From Lama glama (taxonomy: Eukaryota): a stretch of DNA of 64,000 nt. Location of the stretch: positions 65,286,001-65,350,000 of the forward strand of contig CM052838.1 of the NCBI GenBank assembly GCA_028534125.1, written 5' to 3'. The notes under the pieces were generated by a model, which did not search any database, had not been told where the DNA came from, and saw only the letters and a list, made by a program, of their open reading frames with translations. Shown here piece after piece: positions 1 through 12,520 of this stretch. Position 1 is the first letter of the stretch; the number at the start of each line of letters is the position of its first letter. The position numbers and the translations under genes were made by a program.

Positions 1-574
1 ACACAGCACACCTCCCTGACATTCGAGACCCACAGAGAGGCTTCCTGGAACAGGTCAGGCTCTGCCCCAACCCGCGATCAACAGGAAGGTGGAGACAGCC
101 AGGGAGGGGCGCCTGGGGTTCAGGGCATGGGCGCTGCCTGTGACTCCAGGGCCCGAGGCCGCGGAACGTCGAGGGTCAAGCTCAGCATACAGGACGGTGG
201 GCAGAGTGCCGGCGGGGACACCCCACGGTGCTGGGGGGGGTTCTGCTCCCACACTCTCCACACCGAAGCTCGTTTCCACTAGAGGGGCTGAGGCCCAGGC
301 CCTTGGGACGAGGGAGCCAGCGGAGGAAGCAGCCCCCACCCCTAACTGCAGACCCCCACATCACCCCAGACATGCAGCCACTGGGGAGACACAGGGCAGC
401 GAGGCTGGGGGGTCTCATCCCCTCCCTCAGGGACCTGCGGCCTTGGGCCAGGTCTTCCCCTCTGCAAGCCCTGTCCCCTCACCCATAATTTAGGGAGCTG
501 GAGTCACTCCCCTTCCAGGTCACCCCTCTGCTCCATTCTGAGTTCTCTGTGGTTGGTGACTCTGGGGGCCTGGA

Positions 575-700
575 AGTCAGGGCTCATCTTGGGGAACAGG
601 ACTCACGTGAGAGGTCAGGAGGTCAGGGGTCACCTGAGAGGTCAGGGCCCAGGGCTCATCTTGGAGTTCAGGCCTCACGTAAGAGGTCAGGAGTCAGGAC
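575..700 (+). repeat. Imperfect ~72-bp duplication rich in AGGTCA half-sites
   Basis: agggctcatcttgg...ctcacgt.agaggtcagga occurs at ~579 and ~651. Confidence 0.7.
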
Positions 701-802
701 CCCTCTGGGGGAGCCATGGTCCTGGGCCGTGGACTTCGCGCCCAGGCGAGGCCCTTGGGCCCTGCTCCCCGGCTGGAACGAGGTACCCCGGTGTGTGTTT
801 AG

Positions 803-871
803 GAGCAGAAGCGGCTGCTGGAGCTCGGCGTCACCGGCCCTGAGGGCCACGTGCTCAGCCACCCCGAGGAG
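803..871 (+). CDS. DPYSL4: DPYSL4/CRMP3 exon 7 ([23 protein letters not shown])
   Basis: AG at 801-802, GTAGG at 872; 69 nt; CRMP-family GPEGH motif. Confidence 0.95.
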
Positions 872-1180
872 GTAGGAGTGACCTGCTCGGAGCGCTCCCC
901 ACACCAGGGGTGGGAGCTGGCCCCTTGGCCCGGGCAGGGCTGTCATCCTGCTGCCCTCACCTGGGAGGTGTGAGTCAGACCCCCCCACCCCCGCTGTGAC
1001 CCCGAGGCCTTTCTGCGAGGCTAGACGACCCTGGGTCTGGTGGGTCAGCCAGATTCTGGGCACCGAGCCCCGGCTGAGGGCCTCACCCGCCCCGGGTGCC
1101 CCTTCTGGGCCCCAGGGCCACACCCACCCCCCGTCAGGGGCCCCAGGGCCCTTGTGGAGCCTGAGCACCCTGGTCCCCAG

Positions 1181-1301
1181 GTGGAGGCTGAGGCCGTGTA
1201 CCGCGCCGTCACCATCGCCAAGCAGGCCAACTGTCCCCTGTACGTCACCAAGGTCATGAGCAAGAGCGCGGCCGACGTGGTGGCCCGAGCCAAGCGCAGA
1301 G
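1181..1301 (+). CDS. DPYSL4: DPYSL4 exon 8 ([40 protein letters not shown])
   Basis: cccag|GTG...AGAG|gtgag; 121 nt, phase 0 to 1; matches CRMP3. Confidence 0.96.
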
Positions 1302-1692
1302 GTGAGCGTGGCAGGTGGGGTGCTGGGGTCAGCCCAGTCCTCAGCCTCCCAGGGCCTGGCTGGCTGGACCAAGGCCGTGTGCCCTCTGCCCCGGAGGCCC
1401 AGGTAGGAGGCGGTGGGTCAGTGAGAGAGTCCACGCATGCAGGCATGTGCAGGCATGGTGGGCAGTCAGCTGGCAGTGTCTCTCTGCAGGCCCCCTGCAG
1501 GGGTGTGAGGGCGCGGGTACAGAGGGACCCACTGTGGGAGCCCCGGGCCGGGTGTCCCGGAAGCAGGGGATGAGCCATCCAGGGCCGGGAAGCAGAGGGG
1601 CAGTTGGGGCGTGAGCAGCACCGTGCTGAGGCCTGGCCCTGCTGGGGTCCGGGCGCACATGGGCCGCGGTGCCTCTCACTGCCTCACCGCAG

Positions 1693-1849
1693 GGGTGGTT
1701 GTGTTTGGGGAGCCCATCACCGCCAGCCTGGGCACCGACGGCTCGCACTACTGGAGCAAGAACTGGGCCAAGGCCGCGGCCTTCGTCACATCGCCCCCTA
1801 TCAACCCGGACCCCACCACGGCAGACCACCTCACCTCCCTGCTGTCCAG
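1693..1849 (+). CDS. DPYSL4: DPYSL4 exon 9 ([35 protein letters not shown]...LLS)
   Basis: AG/GT boundaries; 157 nt, phase 1 to 2; conserved CRMP sequence. Confidence 0.96.
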
Positions 1850-2103
1850 GTAGGGAGCTGCCCCTGCGGCCCCAGTGCCCTGACCCCTGCCGCTTGCAGC
1901 TCCAGGCCTCTCCCATTCAGAGAATCCACACCGATGTCCTTGCCCTCCAGTGCCCTGCACTCAGGCCCCAGCGCTGCCCTCTCTGACAGCCTCTGGCCCC
2001 CATGGGCCGTGTGGCCCGGGTTCGGGGTAGAGTGGAGCCAACAGGGCCTTTGCCAGTCAGGAAGGACAGGCCCCTGGGCTCCTCTGACCCTGGCTTTCCT
2101 CAG

Positions 2104-2245
2104 CGGGGACCTGCAGGTGACGGGCAGTGCCCACTGCACCTTCACCACTGCCCAGAAGGCTGTCGGCAAGGACAACTTCACACTCATCCCCGAGGGCACC
2201 AACGGCATTGAAGAGCGCATGTCCGTGGTCTGGGAGAAATGCGTG
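2104..2245 (+). CDS. DPYSL4: DPYSL4 exon 10 ([47 protein letters not shown])
   Basis: cag|C...GTG|gtggg; 142 nt, phase 2 to 0. Confidence 0.96.
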
Positions 2246-2917
2246 GTGGGTGCAGAAGTAGGGGCATGGGGTCCCCTCCACACTGGAATTCTGCCCGTTC
2301 ATCAGAAAGGGAGGTCACTTCACCAGTGAATTCACTGAGTGGAGCAGAGTTTGGAGTGGGTGGGCCCCAGGGTGTCGCACCCTGCCCTCCATCCAGGGCT
2401 CCTCAGACATTTGTTTCTGGTCCCCCTGGAAAAGACCCCACAACGATGGGGTCCTAACATGGCCCTGGGGGAGCAGGGTCCCTGCCCCAGTAGAATTACA
2501 CTCTGGGATGTCGTGGTCTCCCCAGAAGGCCTGCCATTTCCTCAGACGTCCATCTCACTTGGAGGGCCCTACCTGGGGGCCTCTGTCTGCATCCCCCAAC
2601 CTTGGCCCTGAGTCCTTCCTGGGGCCCTGACCCTGGTTCCTGGCCACCCCAGGGGGACTGTCATGTCCCTCAGGAACATGGACATCTTTGTGGAAATGTC
2701 CGCGTTGACTTGCCTGCTTAGTGAGCAGCCTCGTGCCCAGGAAGGACCAGACCCGCAGGCGTCACTGAGATGGACCCGTCGACTCGCAGGCAGCGGGTTC
2801 TGATGCTGCCCGAGGCCTGGGGGACAGGGACCGCCTCCACACCAGAGCCCCAAGAGCAGCCCCACGTGGGGTCACCCAGGCCCTCCCTCCCCTCACCCAG
2901 GCCTTCTTGCTTCCCAG

Positions 2918-3088
2918 GCCTCGGGTAAGATGGACGAGAATGAGTTCGTCGCCGTGACCAGTACGAACGCTGCCAAAATCTTTAACTTCTACCCACGGAA
3001 GGGGCGGGTGGCTGTGGGCTCTGATGCTGACCTGGTTATATGGAACCCCAGGGCCACGAAAATCATCTCTGCCAAGAACCACAACCTG
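2918..3088 (+). CDS. DPYSL4: DPYSL4 exon 11 ([44 protein letters not shown]...HNL)
   Basis: 171 nt; AG/GT; dihydropyrimidinase-family [14 protein letters not shown]-type motif. Confidence 0.96.
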
Positions 3089-3330
3089 GTGAGAGACGCA
3101 GGTTCCATGTGGGGTCAGGCTGGGGTCCGGCTGGGAGCCACAGCGCTCCTGGGCAGGGGCAGCGGGGCGGGGAGGGTGCCGGGCGGGGCCTGCCCCGGCC
3201 GAGGGAAGGCTCCACAGGAACCCGCGGGGCTCCTGAGAACACGGCTTCCTCCTGAATCCCGCCCAGCCTGCGGGGTCCGAGAACGTGAGGACGCGGGCCA
3301 GCCCCGGGCTGAGGGCTACTGTCTCCCCAG

Positions 3331-3510
3331 AACGTGGAGTACAACGCCTTTGAAGGTGTTGAGTGCCGGGGAGTCCCCACGGTGGTCATCAGCCAGGGCC
3401 GGGTGGTGATGGAGGACGGGGCCCTATTCGTCACCCCCGGGGCTGGCCGCTTCATCCCCCGGAAGACCTTCCCGGACTTTGTCTACAAGAGGATAAAGGC
3501 TCGCAACAGG
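3331..3510 (+). CDS. DPYSL4: DPYSL4 exon 12 ([14 protein letters not shown]...[12 protein letters not shown])
   Basis: cccag|AAC...AGG|gtaag; 180 nt. Confidence 0.96.
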
Positions 3511-5063
3511 GTAAGGCATGAGCTGGGCAGGCGGGCAGGCGTGGAGCTTTCGGGGCTCCCCTGGGTCTGCCGACGGCCTCGGGCAGGAAAACACAGCGGC
3601 CCCACTGCTCCCGGCCGTGCTTAGCAGCGTTTTGCCTGCTGCGTTACCAGGCAGCCCGTGTGGCCATAGATAGCATGGGAGCGAGGCACATAAAGACCCC
3701 TAGTAGCCCCTCGCCAGGCCGACGTCCACTAAACCTGGCGGAGGCCTCCCGGGAGAGCCCGTGAGCAGGCGCGCACCTTGATACAGTCAGCACTGAGGAC
3801 GTGTGCTTTGCAGCGGCGCCTCTGAACTTGGAAGTGGGGAGCCCTTCTTCCCATGAGGGTTTGGCCAGCTGCCCGATGCCTCTGACAGGTGCCTGGGTGT
3901 CGCCCGGACCCTGTGCAGCAGGGGCGGCGAGTCAGGCACGAGCACACTCGTGCACACGCGGTTACTGTGCACACCGGTTTGCTTTTCCCAGCCCTGTTTC
4001 CAGTTTTCTAGGGTATCTGAACTGGAGGTGACGAGGGGTGGCTTTCGGGACAGGCTGTGAGCGGGTCCTGGGGGCCAGGCGTGCGTGGGTTTCTCCCTGG
4101 GAGAGTGGAGTCTGTCCTAACCAGACCCCGCTGCTCAGGCTGGCAGGGCCCTCGTGGCTGCCTCCCCAGGTCTGACCTGGGAGTGCTCCAGGGTTTGAGC
4201 AGGGCGAGAGGCAGGGGCCAGGGCCGAGGGCTGGGCACCCCGGCCGAGGGGAGAGGTCCAGGGCCCCCGGGGGCGCCGGCCACAGGCAGCTCTGTGAGGT
4301 GGCCGACCAGCCCGTGCGCAGCCACGGCACAGAGCAGGCAGAGGGGACCAGCTCCTCATCACACACCCGGGGTGGTGGGGCCGGGTGCACACCCAGGTCC
4401 TCAGACTCCACACCCCACGCTCGCTCCTGCCTGTGCCCCCGCCCCGCTGGGACTCCCGGCCGAGGGCAGGGTCAGGTCAGGACCCCAGGGGCGGGCTCAG
4501 GCCTAAGGTCGTGAGTGTGAACCACGAACCCCAGGGTGCTGCCAGCTGGAAACAAGAATTTCTGAAGGTTTTACTTCAACCCTCAGACAGTTCATCTGTC
4601 ATGGGGGGCAACCCCCCAGGAAAGGGTGTCTGACTTTGGGGGCCATTCGTGGAGGACAGGGCCCAGGGCTTCCTGGGGACAGAGCGGGGCCTGCGTGGGG
4701 GCCGCGTGGAGACCGCGGGGCAGTGGGCGCTCAGGGGGCAGTGACTGCTGGGCCACTTTTTGATCCCAGAATGAGGCCTCCTCTGCTGGGCCTCCCGTCT
4801 GAGCAGCTCCTCCTGCTCAGGGCGCTGCTGCCCAGTTTTGGGGGGGGGCGTGTGCGGGAAGGTGTGCCCACACTCGTGCAGGGGGAGGGGTGTGTCCATG
4901 TGTGTAGGAGGGAGCAGGGAGGTGCGTGTCTGCACTTGGGGGACGCCCACATTAGGCGTCCAGCTGCGAGGGGAGCAGGCCGGGCCCTCTTCTTCCCGGG
5001 ACCCCCGTCCTCCGCTGAGGGCCAGCCCAGCGCCCCCTCACGCCCAGCCCCCTCGGCCCACAG

Positions 5064-5229
5064 CTGGCGGAGATCCACGGAGTGCCCCGAGGCCTCTACG
5101 ACGGGCCGGTCCACGAGGTGATGGTGCCCACCAAGCCGGGGGGCGGCGCCCAGGCCCGTGCAACCTGCCCCGGGAAGATCTCAGTCCCGCCTGTTCGCAA
5201 CCTGCACCAGTCAGGGTTCAGCCTGTCTG
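5064..5229 (+). CDS. DPYSL4: DPYSL4 exon 13 ([19 protein letters not shown]...[14 protein letters not shown])
   Basis: cag|CTG...TCTG|gtgag; 166 nt; [10 protein letters not shown] and [17 protein letters not shown] motifs. Confidence 0.96.
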
Positions 5230-5909
5230 GTGAGTTGAACCTGGGGGTGCCCAGCCTCTGTGGGACTCAAGGACCCCACGGAGTCCAGTCTCCCCGCCCT
5301 CGGGGCCCCAGCCCCAGGGCTGCGTGTGAGGCGCGTGAGGAAGGGGTCTGGGTCCGTGGGGGCTCTGGTGGGTGGGCTTTGCGTGCAGCCGCCAGGCTCG
5401 GGCCTCTGGTCAGGGTCTTGGCTGTGCTCCCAGCATGCTGAGGGGCACAGATTCTAAGGGAAGCACTGAGCACCCAGGTCTCGCTGCAAACCAGAGCCAG
5501 ACCCTCCTCCATCTCCCCAGCCCCTGGGTGGAGGCCAACCCACCCCCGATGTCCTGTCTCCTCCCTCTCTGGGAGGTGACGGCGGTCCCTGCTCCCCTCC
5601 TGGGGACGTAGGGCCAGGGCCAGATCCTCTTTGAAATGCAGTGTCGTCTTAAAGGCTAGGGTAGCCCTGGGCCATCAGGGGTCCCATGCGGGGCAAGACC
5701 CCCAGGAGGGACGGACAGGACGCACCTGGCCTGTGCTCCTCTGGACAGGCTTGTTGGAGGTTCCACCTTGACCTCCAGTCTCTGGCCTCAGCCATGGCCG
5801 TCGGGGAGCGTGTGGGGAGTGGGGGCTCTGCAGTCCTGGGCTCAGGATGCGGCCAGCCTGTCTGTGTCCCCTCCCCGAGCTGCCGCTTCCACCCCCGCCA
5901 TTTCCCCAG

Positions 5910-6001
5910 GATCTCAGGCCGATGACCACATCGCCCGACGCACGGCTCAGAAGATCATGGCGCCGCCCGGCGGGCGTTCCAACATCACCTCGCTGTCCTA
6001 G
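5910..6001 (+). CDS. DPYSL4: DPYSL4 last coding exon (SQADDHIARRTAQKIMAPPGGRSNITSLS*)
   Basis: cccag acceptor, phase 1; TAG at 5999-6001; CRMP C-terminus APPGGRSNITSL. Confidence 0.96.
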
Positions 6002-6719
6002 GTGCCGCGGGCCGGCGCGTGGGTGCTGCCCTGGGGGCCAGGCCCCCTCCCCGCCCCCGTCACTGTCCCTCCGTTGAACCTACTTTCAAAGGTGCTTGGC
6101 CTTACCTTCCCCTCCCCAGAAACAGTCCTCCTGGGGTCCCAGTCCTGTCACAAGGAGCCCCCACAGGACAGGCTGAGCTGGGGGGTTACTCTGCCAGGGC
6201 GAGGGGACAGCTCAGGTGGCCCTGAGCCCAGGTGCTGGGGCTTCGGGATCCCGGGGCGGCTGGGCCAGGCCGAAAGGCTGCGGGTGCAGTGCCCTTGTCC
6301 CCGACACGAGTCACTGCCCCTCAAAGCCCCCAGCCCTTCCTCCTGCTCCCGGATGGAGGAGCAGCCTGTCCCCGCTGTCCGCCCCGCGCAGGGAGGCGTG
6401 CCCCCCTCCCCGCCCCCACTGGAGCTGCCGTGACTTCAGGGACCTGCCAGGAACAGTGTAGGGCAGCCTCCGGCGGGACTTCCGCAGACTCGTCTGCACA
6501 CCTCCCAGGACCAAACCTCTGCTTCCATAGGGCCCGTCTCCAGGGAACCTTAGGACCCTTTGGCTAAGATGCATTTCTTCACTATTAAGTGTGCATTCCA
6601 GTAGTTTATTAGAGCAACAGTTTTGTGTGGTGAGGACACCTGGAGCCAGGAACCCGCATGCCACCCGCAGCCCAGCGGCCTCACCGGCGCTGTGCCTGAG
6701 TCCCACGTGAATCAGGTCG

Positions 6720-6725
6720 ATTAAA
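6720..6725 (+). terminator. Probable DPYSL4 polyadenylation signal ATTAAA
   Basis: First A(A/T)TAAA hexamer I find on + after the stop; GT-containing sequence ~25-30 nt downstream. Confidence 0.55.
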
Positions 6726-8790
6726 GGCATCTGGGCTGGAAGCCGCTGGCGTGTGGAGAGCCCTGACTTCTCTGCCCCTACGCCGTCCCCCGGGGGTTCA
6801 AGCATGGGACCCTGGGGAACACCCTGCAGCCCCCAGACCTGTCTTCGTGCGCCTTCGAAGCTGGACTTGCAACCACAGGCAGGGCTGTGCTTGGCCTCCG
6901 GGCTGGGGCCGGGGCAGGGCTGGGTCTGAGCTGTGGGGAAGGGCCTTGCCTCTCAGCGAAGGGGGCCCAGGCCTGCAGGTCAGAGACAGCCAGACATTCA
7001 GAGGGAGCGGACCGGCAGGGAGGCCCCCCACCCACATTCTGACCCAGCAGGCCGGGGGCAGCACAGGGCCTGGGGCGCTCCCACAGCCAGCGGGTGGCAG
7101 CGGAGGAGGTGGGGCCTGGGTCCTGCCCCCTTAAGGCAGAGTGGCCCAAGTTCTGATCCAGACCCCTGGACTGTGCTGCCCCAGAACCTTCCAGAAGATG
7201 GAGCTGCTGGCCTCAGCCCCATTCTCAAACGTGTGCCTGTTCTGTGCCCCAGGTGTGGGGCACTCCCAGGGTGCAGTCTTCGCCCCAAGAGCATGGGGAA
7301 GGGTCGAGGTCAGCACCCCCACCAGGCGTCCATTCCCAGTGGTGACGGGGGGCGGTCCAAGCCGTGTCCTCTGGGGGAGCACAGACAGCCCTGCCTTTGC
7401 ATCCAGGCCTCTCACGTGCTACGCTGGACCAGGGCAGCCCCCTGGAGAAGGTCTGTCCTGGGGCTCTGCCGCGTTCCTGGGGGCTCCCTCTGGCTCAGAT
7501 TGCTGGTCAGTGTCACCTCAGAGCCAGCTTCCTGGGGCTCCACTGAGGCCACTGCCCACTGTGCCCGCGTGCACCCCACTGGAAGACAGGACGGCTGGGA
7601 GCCACACCCACATCCCTGCCACTGACTCGGGGACAGCCATGCTGTCCCCAGGATCTCAAAAACGCACACTGGGATGTACACGTTTACACAGAGCCCCACG
7701 CCTCCCCCCACCCAGTTCCTGCCTCTGACGTCACCAGAGGCCCAGAACTTTCTCTGGGGGTCAGTGCACCCACGGTGCCGTGCAGCCCTGGCTTCCCTGG
7801 TGCACCTGGGCCCTGTGTCCCCCGAGTGGGCTTGCAGGGCGTGCTTCCGACTTTAACTCCCTGCGCCCAGGTGGGGGGCAGTGGACGTTCAGCTCTGCCA
7901 GCTCCTCCTCCCTCAGCACAACCCAGGCGTTTTACCAACACCTTGGCCCTGCCACCGCCACCGCAGGTCCTGCCCCAGGTTCCCCGCCCAGCTCTGCCTC
8001 CCCCTTAACCCTTCAGTGGCCTTAGGGCTTCGGGGGCAGGAGACAGGCAACCCCGCCAAGGCCAACAACCAGGCTCCAAGGCCCTGCCCTGGAAGGAGCC
8101 GCCCCGGCGCCCGGACAGACGTCCTCTGCGAAGCCGCAGGCACAGAGCGTGCAAGCCCCCGACACCAAGCGGCCCTCGTGTGGGGACTCTCAGAGGCGGG
8201 AAGTGTACAGAGCGCGGCAGAAATCACCAGAGCAGTCTGGGTCTCTAGAAAACATTCTTCACACCCACGACCCTCCCCACTTCGAAGTACAAGAAGCCGG
8301 CGGACCCTGGGCCGCCCCACGGCTCCGGGCAGCAGGCTCACGACGGCGGGCAGCTGACAGCGGGGACGCGGGCCATGGACAGCTGACAGGTGGCTGGAGA
8401 CCAGAGCGCCTGTCCCACCACGCGGCCCACGCAGCGGCCACCAGGAGAGTCCAGGCAGGCAGCCACATGCCCCCTCCACCGTGACAGGTGACTGGAGCGG
8501 CCTGTGGCGCCCACCCTCCTTGCCCACCGCTCTCAGCCGCACCAACAGCCTCTTGTCACCATGTGCCACTGAGAGCCGGGGCAGGCTCAGCGGTCAGACT
8601 GCGCCCGTGAAAATATGGCCAGGGAGCAGCGGAAGCCCCTGGCCTGGGCCTGTGTTTGGATGCACCAGGCTCCTCGGCTGGGAAAGTCCACGCTGGGCCT
8701 TGCCCACTGCCCGCCGCCTGCCGTCCAGTCCCTCTGGAGGCCTTGAGTCTCCAACGTGACCTGAGTTACCTCCACGGGCTGGGGGGCTGC

Positions 8791-8923
8791 CTAGCCGCTC
8801 CCAGCCGAGGGGCAGATGGAGCCGCACACGGGCAGGGCAGGGCGCACCCCCTCGCCGCCTGCTGCCTCGCTGGGCTCGGGCGCAGGCCGGGTCTCACTCA
8901 CGGGGTCCTGGCTCCTCTTCAGC
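8791..8923 (-). CDS. STK32C: STK32C last coding exon (LKRSQDPVSETRPAPEPSEAAGGEGVRPALPVCGSICPSAGSG*)
   Basis: accag acceptor, phase 2; TAG at 8793-8791; ends ICPSAGSG like human STK32C. Confidence 0.92.
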
Positions 8924-9876
8924 CTGGTGAGGGGACACAGGGAGGGGCTTCATGCAGCCTCACCGGCAGCCCCAGACACTGCTCTCTGGCCCAGGACCTG
9001 TCCCTTAGGACCACACGCCGGGCATCTCTGACTGAGCCACGCTGGCACAGCAGGGAGCTGAGAGCGAAAGGGGCCAGCCGAGGGTGTGCAGGCACATGGG
9101 CCGTTCAGCCCAGCACCCTCTGTCTGGCCATCTGTGGCCCTTGGGCTGGGAGCTGTGGGGCTGGTGAGTCTCAGTCCCTTTCCAGCCAGAAGCCACAAGG
9201 AGACCTAGTTTAAGTGCAGGTTCTCTGGGTTGGCAATTTGGAACAAAACTTTCCAAAGAGCTTGGCCAAGTCTTGTTATGACCCAGGCCTCTGACCTCTA
9301 GGATGGTGTCCAGTGTCCGCACATCTTGGTCACCAAGGCAAAACAGAGCACCTGCTCTCCTCCCAGGCCAGAGCTCAGAGTCACCTCCTCCAGGAAGCCC
9401 TCTGCGCCTCCCCCTGCCTCCCCTCCCCTGGGGCCCCACAGCACTGGGACTCCTCCCTCCACCGTGGCACGTGTCTTAGCTATCTATGGCCTGTCACCTC
9501 CCTGCCAGCCAGCTGTGCGCTTTCTGCCCCACGATCCCTGGCACTCGTAAAGGTTTGCTGAATGACTGAGTGAGGGATGAGAGTTGATGTGACTGCAGGG
9601 GCCGCCCAGGAGGTCAAGTGCCTCAGCGGGGCAGGCCACCAAGTGTCGCCCAGGAGACTCCGGCCATTGGCTGAAAGTGCCCAAGTTCAGAACAGAACGC
9701 TCCCAAGGAGCCCCTCCCCACAAGCCTGAACAGGGACCTCCCACGGCCGCCACTCCCCGGGGAGGGCAAGGGTCAGGGGCCCCAGCCCCGCCGATGCCAT
9801 GTGGCTGCTGAGAAAATGCCAGCCCAACCCCTGAACTCCCCTGTGCCCTCGTTGCCGCCCCCACGCACACACTCAC

Positions 9877-9944
9877 TTTTCTCTGTTAAAAATCACAAAG
9901 TCCTGCTGGATTGCATCAAGGCAGTCCTGAAGGTAGTCATTCTC
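9877..9944 (-). CDS. STK32C: STK32C exon 11 (ENDYLQDCLDAIQQDFVIFNREK)
   Basis: aacag|GAG...AA|gtgag; 68 nt; YANK F.IFNRE motif. Confidence 0.95.
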
Positions 9945-11749
9945 CTGTTAGCCAGAAAGACACAGAAATGAGTGTAGTGGATGCCACCAGGTTTCCTCAC
10001 GTCCCTCAGGTGGGCTCTGGGGCATCCCTGGTCTGCTTCTCCATGGCCTTCTGAGAAGCTTGCCTTTGGGCTCTTGGGGAACTCTGCCCTCAGGCAGCTG
10101 GAGCCCAAGGGAGTCTGCACCTCCCAGTGACCTTAGCCTCTGACAGAACAATGCCCTGGCTCAGAAGCCCGGCCCCTGCCTCAGGGTGGATGCTGTCTGG
10201 GCCACAATGTCTGCAGAACCAGGCTGGTCTGGAAGTCATACGTCCCATGGCTCCCTCTGGGTCCTCCCAGTCACTTGTCCTTGGTGCACAAATCCCATCT
10301 CAGGGTCTGCTTCCGGGAAGCTAAGGAGGTCGGTGGTGCCCTGGGTTCACGCTCCTGTTCTCTGTCACGACACGGTCAGAAAGAGCCTTGTTCGCCCAGA
10401 CATCCAGGTCACCCACCACGCTGACAGCAGGAAGTTAATCCGATCGATGAGCAGGAGGTGGCAAGTCCTCAGAGGCCCTGGTCAGACACTTCCCAGGGTG
10501 GGGAGAGAAATCCTACAAGGAGCCAAGAGCCTGCTCTACTGGAGCGTTGTCTAGGGGTCTGGCGATACGGGTCGTGCCAGGACCCCCCCCTCCAATGCAA
10601 AGAGGAGCCATGTGACCCAGCACCTCTTCCACAGAAGCAGCACAGGCTGCGGCAGGCTTATGTGGGTCTTGGAGGAGGCTCTTTCCCCCTCTGACGACTG
10701 CCTGGCGCCCCAGACATCACGAGGGCTTCCACTCGGGCTGGCGGGTCATGACTGTTCCCAGCCGTGGGTGGCTCTGAGGATGGGTCTGCCTGCCCCGTCT
10801 GTGGTTCCCTCCCGTCTCCTCGCACGTGTGCACAGCCTGTGCCAGGCGGCACCCCCGGGGAGACTTGAGGGGACCTCTCTGCAGATCTCCGGAGCCGTCT
10901 CTCCTCTCTGCTACCTGCCTGGCACCTTGTCCCCGCCACCGCGGAGTCCCTGTCAGGGCAGGGGTAGCGGACCTGACTCATCAAGAAGGGGTGGGGCTTC
11001 TGCACCAAAACCGCCAGGTAAGTCACGTGGCCGCCACCTTCCCTGGCTCAGTGTGGATGCTAGGTGCACACGTGCACAAGCTCCAGCCTGCGAAGGTCCC
11101 ATGACCAGAGGCTCAGGCCACTCAGGGGCAAGGGGCAAGGTCATGCTGGGAGGTGAGCCCCTGAGACATGGAGACCGAAGGGGGTGCAGGGCGAGGGTGA
11201 GGAGGCATGAGAGTGGGAACGGCCCTGGGGGGCTGCCGAGGGCAGGGCTGCGGCTCACCCCACTACCCTTTCTCACCAGGTTCTCCCAGGACGAGAGGGG
11301 GTCTGAGTGGACCGTGTGAACCCCGAGACGCGCCCCACGGCCCCTCCTCTTTCTGAGCCCCACGGTGTGCTATTGGCAGGGGGCCCTAAACTGTGCCTGT
11401 GCGCCCCGTGCAGCCCTGGGGCACGTCCCTCTGACGGCACACCCCCGTGGCCCAGGGGAAAACGCCGTCCCTCTGGGCCCCTCGCTGGCACCTGCTGGGT
11501 GCGCGGCAGGAAGGCCCCGCCCCCTGAGGACGGAGCCCACGTGCAGAGTGCCTGTTCTGGGTGCACCTCTGAGTAAACCCTCGCACGTAACCCTCAGGGA
11601 AGACGTTCCCGGGCCTCTGTCAGCGCTGACGCCCACAGCATCTGGCCCCAGATGTCACCCCACGTGGGAAGTGACAAAGGGCTTGGGCATGGAGACCAGG
11701 CTCCAGTCCCCAACTTTGTTGCAAACAACCTGCTGAGCAGTGATTCCCA

Positions 11750-12520
11750 AACCTGTCAAATTCCCTGGACGTGCACGGGGCCCGGAGAGTGGGCCAGTCT
11801 CACCAAGAACAGGCTGGAGGACTCACACTTCCTGACCCGGAACTCACGAGAGCTCCCTAGTCACCAGGGCGGCATGGACCAGCGGGCCAGGCATTCACGT
11901 TCAGACCAGTGGGACAGTAAATAAACCCCTCCGTTCACGGTCAATTAATTTCTGAAAATGACGCCGAGCAATTCAGGGGAGGAAATAAGAGCCCTTTCAA
12001 CAAGCAGCACCTGGAACACTGCACGTCCACGCGCAAAAGGATCAGGTTGGACCCCCACCTGACACCACCCACAAAACTCACGGCAGGTCCTAGACCGAAA
12101 CGTGGGAGGAAAACTGTCAAACACTCAGAAGAACGCACAGGAGTGCACCTCTGTGATTTAGGTTCGGCGGCGGTTTCTTAGAATTGACACCAGAAGCACG
12201 AATGGAGAGAGAAGGACAGACACACGGGACTCCATCGAAGCCAAGAACTTCTGCTGCAGGTGACGCCTTCCGGGAAGGAACAAGGGGCCACCAGAACAGA
12301 AGGAAGCCGCTGCACATCGCCGAAGGCATTTATTTGCGCGCAGACACGTAAACGAGTAACGCCTATCAGTCAACGATGAAAAAGACAAGCAAGGAACGCG
12401 CTTTCGGCTCTTTCACGTCAAGAACCGGGAAGCCGTCCCTCCTGGGAAAAAGCTGGACCCGCGGGAAACAGCTCCGCACCTGCAATGCCGCTGCTGGACA
12501 CCAGGGGCCGCCAGCAGCAC
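11750..12520 (+). mobile_element. Old L1 (L1M-type) ORF2 3' fragment, GC-shifted
   Basis: Resembles L1 consensus: ctttcaacaagcagcacctggaac, ttggacccccacctgacaccacccacaaaa, ttcttagaattgacaccagaagcac. Confidence 0.7.
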
